Source of the DNA: an uncultured delta proteobacterium | GTDB lineage: Bacteria > Myxococcota > Kuafuiibacteriia > Kuafuiibacteriales > Kuafuiibacteriaceae | NCBI GenBank assembly: GCA_963803435.1 | Contig: CAWDML010000014.1 | Location: forward strand, 1 to 64,000 | Direction of reading: 5' to 3' | DNA length: 64,000 nt | In this document: positions 61,895-64,000 of the stretch, piece after piece | Numbering within the stretch: position 1 is the first letter of the stretch | How the letters are laid out: each line of letters starts with the position of its first letter | Notes under the pieces: model-generated | The model's input: only the letters and a program-made list of their open reading frames with translations | What the model was told of the DNA's origin: nothing | Database searches by the model: none | Translations under genes and position numbers: made by a program

Positions 61895-63257
61895 GTTGCC
61901 CGTCCTCCTTCCTCTCCTCCACCGGCACGGGGAACCCGTCGTGACGGTAGGCCCGGGCCAGCACCGTCATTGGATGGAGGGCCTTCTTGCCCGCGTGCTG
62001 CTCGAACTGCAGCGCCGCCAGCGGACACTCGGTCATCCAGACGTCGGTCTCGGTGCTCTCGAGGCCGTCGAACGACTTCTGCCCGATCCGCTTCGAGCTC
62101 TCGAAGCTCTCGACCTTCATCGCGTAGGTACCGTCGTGCCCGCAGCATTCGATCACCGACTTCGGCGTGACGCCGGGGATCTTGCGCACGAGGTCGCGTC
62201 CCTTGAAGCCGATCGCCTGCGCGCGCAGGTGGCAGGGTGCGTGATAGCCGACGTCACCGGGCGTGCTCTTGAAGTCCGTGTTGAACCGGGTCTCGTTGCG
62301 GATCGACCAGAGGTGCTCCCCGGGATCCGCGACCTGGGCGGCCAGCTTTTCGGCGCGCGCGCGATCCTCGCCCTCGAGGAGGTGCGGCCACTCCTTGCGC
62401 AGCATCATGCTGCAGGTCGGGTTGATGACCAGGACCTTCGAGCCCTCGTCGACGAACGGCATCAGCACGTCGAGGCTCTTCTTCGCCTGTCTCCGGAGCG
62501 TCTCCAGGTCGCCGTGCTCCCAGGCCGGCATGCCGCAGCAGGCCAGCCCCTCGACGCAGGCGACCTCGACCGCGTTGTGCGCCATCACCTCGAGCGTGTC
62601 CTTTCCGATCTCCGGCTCGTTGTTCTGCACGTAGCAGGTCGGGAACAGCACCGTCTCGGCGGGCGGCGACGCGATCTTGCCGTTCTTCTTTGCCCACGAC
62701 TCGAAGGTCTGCTGCGCGAAGGCCGGCAGCTGCTTGTCGCGATGGATCCCGACGACCTTCTCCATGAACCAGCGGTGCGCCTTCACCTTGTTCATGGCGT
62801 TCGCCAGGCCGAGGCTCATCCGCGCCATCTTGGCGGTGCCGTCCGGGCTGGCCAGCATCCGCTCGCGCAGGCCGCTCGGCTCGTCGCGGTGCTGAACCGC
62901 GCGGTAGCGATGTACCAGCTTCGGGAAGTCGAGCTGATACTCGTGGCCGTCGCGCGGCGTGTACGGGCACTGGACCTCGCACAGCTTGCACTGGAAGCAG
63001 GCGTCCATGACCGAGCCCACGTCCCGATCCGTCAACCGCGTGACGTCGCCCTCGTATTGGTGGTCGAGCAGGTTGAACAGGTTGGGGAACGAGTCGCAGT
63101 ACTTGAAGCACATCCGGCAGCCGTGACAGACCTCGAAGACGCGGGTGACCTCGTCGTCGAGCGCGTCCGCGTCCCAGTACTTCGCCTCGCTCGGGTCGTA
63201 GCTGAGCCCTTCGGTCGGCTGATAGGAGATGTTCTTCGCTTCGTTCGTCATGAGCAC
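61875..63257 (-). CDS. Fe-S oxidoreductase (GlpC/heterodisulfide-reductase-like, CCG domains)
   Basis: CHGCRMCFKYC, CFQCKLCEVQCPY, CCGMP, CCGHDGTY and ECPLA. Confidence 0.92.
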   Translation of the reverse strand: MLMTNEAKNISYQPTEGLSYDPSEAKYWDADALDDEVTRVFEVCHGCRMCFKYCDSFPNLFNLLDHQYEGDVTRLTDRDVGSVMDACFQCKLCEVQCPYTPRDGHEYQLDFPKLVHRYRAVQHRDEPSGLRERMLASPDGTAKMARMSLGLANAMNKVKAHRWFMEKVVGIHRDKQLPAFAQQTFESWAKKNGKIASPPAETVLFPTCYVQNNEPEIGKDTLEVMAHNAVEVACVEGLACCGMPAWEHGDLETLRRQAKKSLDVLMPFVDEGSKVLVINPTCSMMLRKEWPHLLEGEDRARAEKLAAQVADPGEHLWSIRNETRFNTDFKSTPGDVGYHAPCHLRAQAIGFKGRDLVRKIPGVTPKSVIECCGHDGTYAMKVESFESSKRIGQKSFDGLESTETDVWMTECPLAALQFEQHAGKKALHPMTVLARAYRHDGFPVPVEERKEDGQREKSET

Positions 63258-63261
63258 ACCG

Positions 63262-63295
63262 ACGCCTTACCCCCTGGGGCGCAGGGGGCAGGCGT
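63262..63295. other. Intergenic hairpin between rubrerythrin and the Fe-S oxidoreductase
   Basis: acgcct/aggcgt and ccccctg/caggggg stems with a 5-nt loop. Confidence 0.5.
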
Positions 63296-63321
63296 GCGAT
63301 CTTTCGTCATCGAGGGGCGAC

Positions 63322-63741
63322 TTACTCGATCGTCCCGAGCATCTTCGCGAATCGACCCGCATGAGACTTCTCGGCCTTCGCGAGCGTCTCGAACCAGTCC
63401 GCGACCTCCTTGAATCCTTCCTCGCGCGCGGTCTTGGCCATGCCCGGGTACATGTCCGTGTACTCGTGGGTCTCGCCCGCGATCGCAGCCTTGAGGTTCA
63501 GCGTGGTGTCGCCGAGCGGCTCGCCCGTCGCCGGATCGCCGACCTCCTTCAGGTAGTCGAGATGGCCGTGCGCATGACCGGTCTCGCCCTCGGCCGTCTC
63601 ACGAAAGTTGCTCGCGATCTCGGGGTAGCCTTCGACGTCCGCCACCTTCGCGAAGTACAGGTACCGGCGGTTCGCCTGCGACTCGCCGGCGAACGCGGCC
63701 TTCAGGTTCTCGTGGGTCTTGGTTCCCTTGAGCTTTGCCAA
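63322..63741 (-). CDS. rbr: Rubrerythrin (short form, no rubredoxin domain)
   Basis: [47 protein letters not shown] and AEKSHA; TTG start with a GGAGG SD. Confidence 0.95.
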   Translation of the reverse strand: MAKLKGTKTHENLKAAFAGESQANRRYLYFAKVADVEGYPEIASNFRETAEGETGHAHGHLDYLKEVGDPATGEPLGDTTLNLKAAIAGETHEYTDMYPGMAKTAREEGFKEVADWFETLAKAEKSHAGRFAKMLGTIE

Positions 63742-63773
63742 CTGATGATCCTCCTCTGCCCTTCCGGGCGGCC

Positions 63774-63942
63774 CACCGATATTTCGGTGAAGGCCTCGTG
63801 TCCAGCACTTCCGTGCGGGAGTTTGTGACGCAACCCGCGTGCCACCAAGTATTCCTTTGTTTCCATATAGTTACGCACAAACTTGCACCCGTATTTCGGT
63901 GTGCACCGATATATCGGTGGAAATTGCACCGATATGACGGTT
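63774..63942. promoter_or_regulatory. Four copies of a 16-bp palindromic operator CACCGATATWTCGGTG
   Basis: Copies at 63774-89, 63886-901, 63904-19 (perfect palindrome) and 63927-42, in an AT-rich region upstream of rbr. Confidence 0.75.
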
Positions 63943-64000
63943 AGAGTCGACCCATGCGGCCGACGGCGGACTTCACGCGGGACCTCCGGAACCTGGCGCT

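Overview
This is very GC-rich bacterial DNA with strong Myxococcota hallmarks: Cys-rich 'CGN...CDDGN...DGC' repeats, a TIGR03001-like sigma factor paired with a Ser/Thr kinase, TIGR02996-type proteins and many lipoproteins. Scattered single frameshifts in otherwise intact genes, dense in the first ~3 kb, suggest residual long-read indel errors. In order, the window holds: a GT4 glycosyltransferase/GH130 glycosidase pair; an IS91/ISCR-type element with an oriIS-like site and an exact 75-bp duplication; a secreted endonuclease I; an EF-hand membrane protein behind an internally deleted kup; a PheS-related monomeric ligase behind a riboswitch-like leader; a decayed IS1182; two Ser/Thr kinases, a sigma factor, a compact kinase-like ORF and a REC-GGDEF protein; large surface lipoproteins; a GT2, AsmA and an M20 hydrolase; a ~2,270-aa HEAT plus 12x membrane-repeat protein; tRNA-Ser(CGA); an inositol-(sphingo)lipid-type cluster with an added radical SAM enzyme; and the rubrerythrin/Fe-S oxidoreductase/DUF3501 operon under four copies of a 16-bp palindrome. 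The best leads for something new are the structured leader plus PheS-like ligase, the lipid cluster, the giant repeat protein and the operator array. All family calls come from motif recognition by eye; no searches were run.
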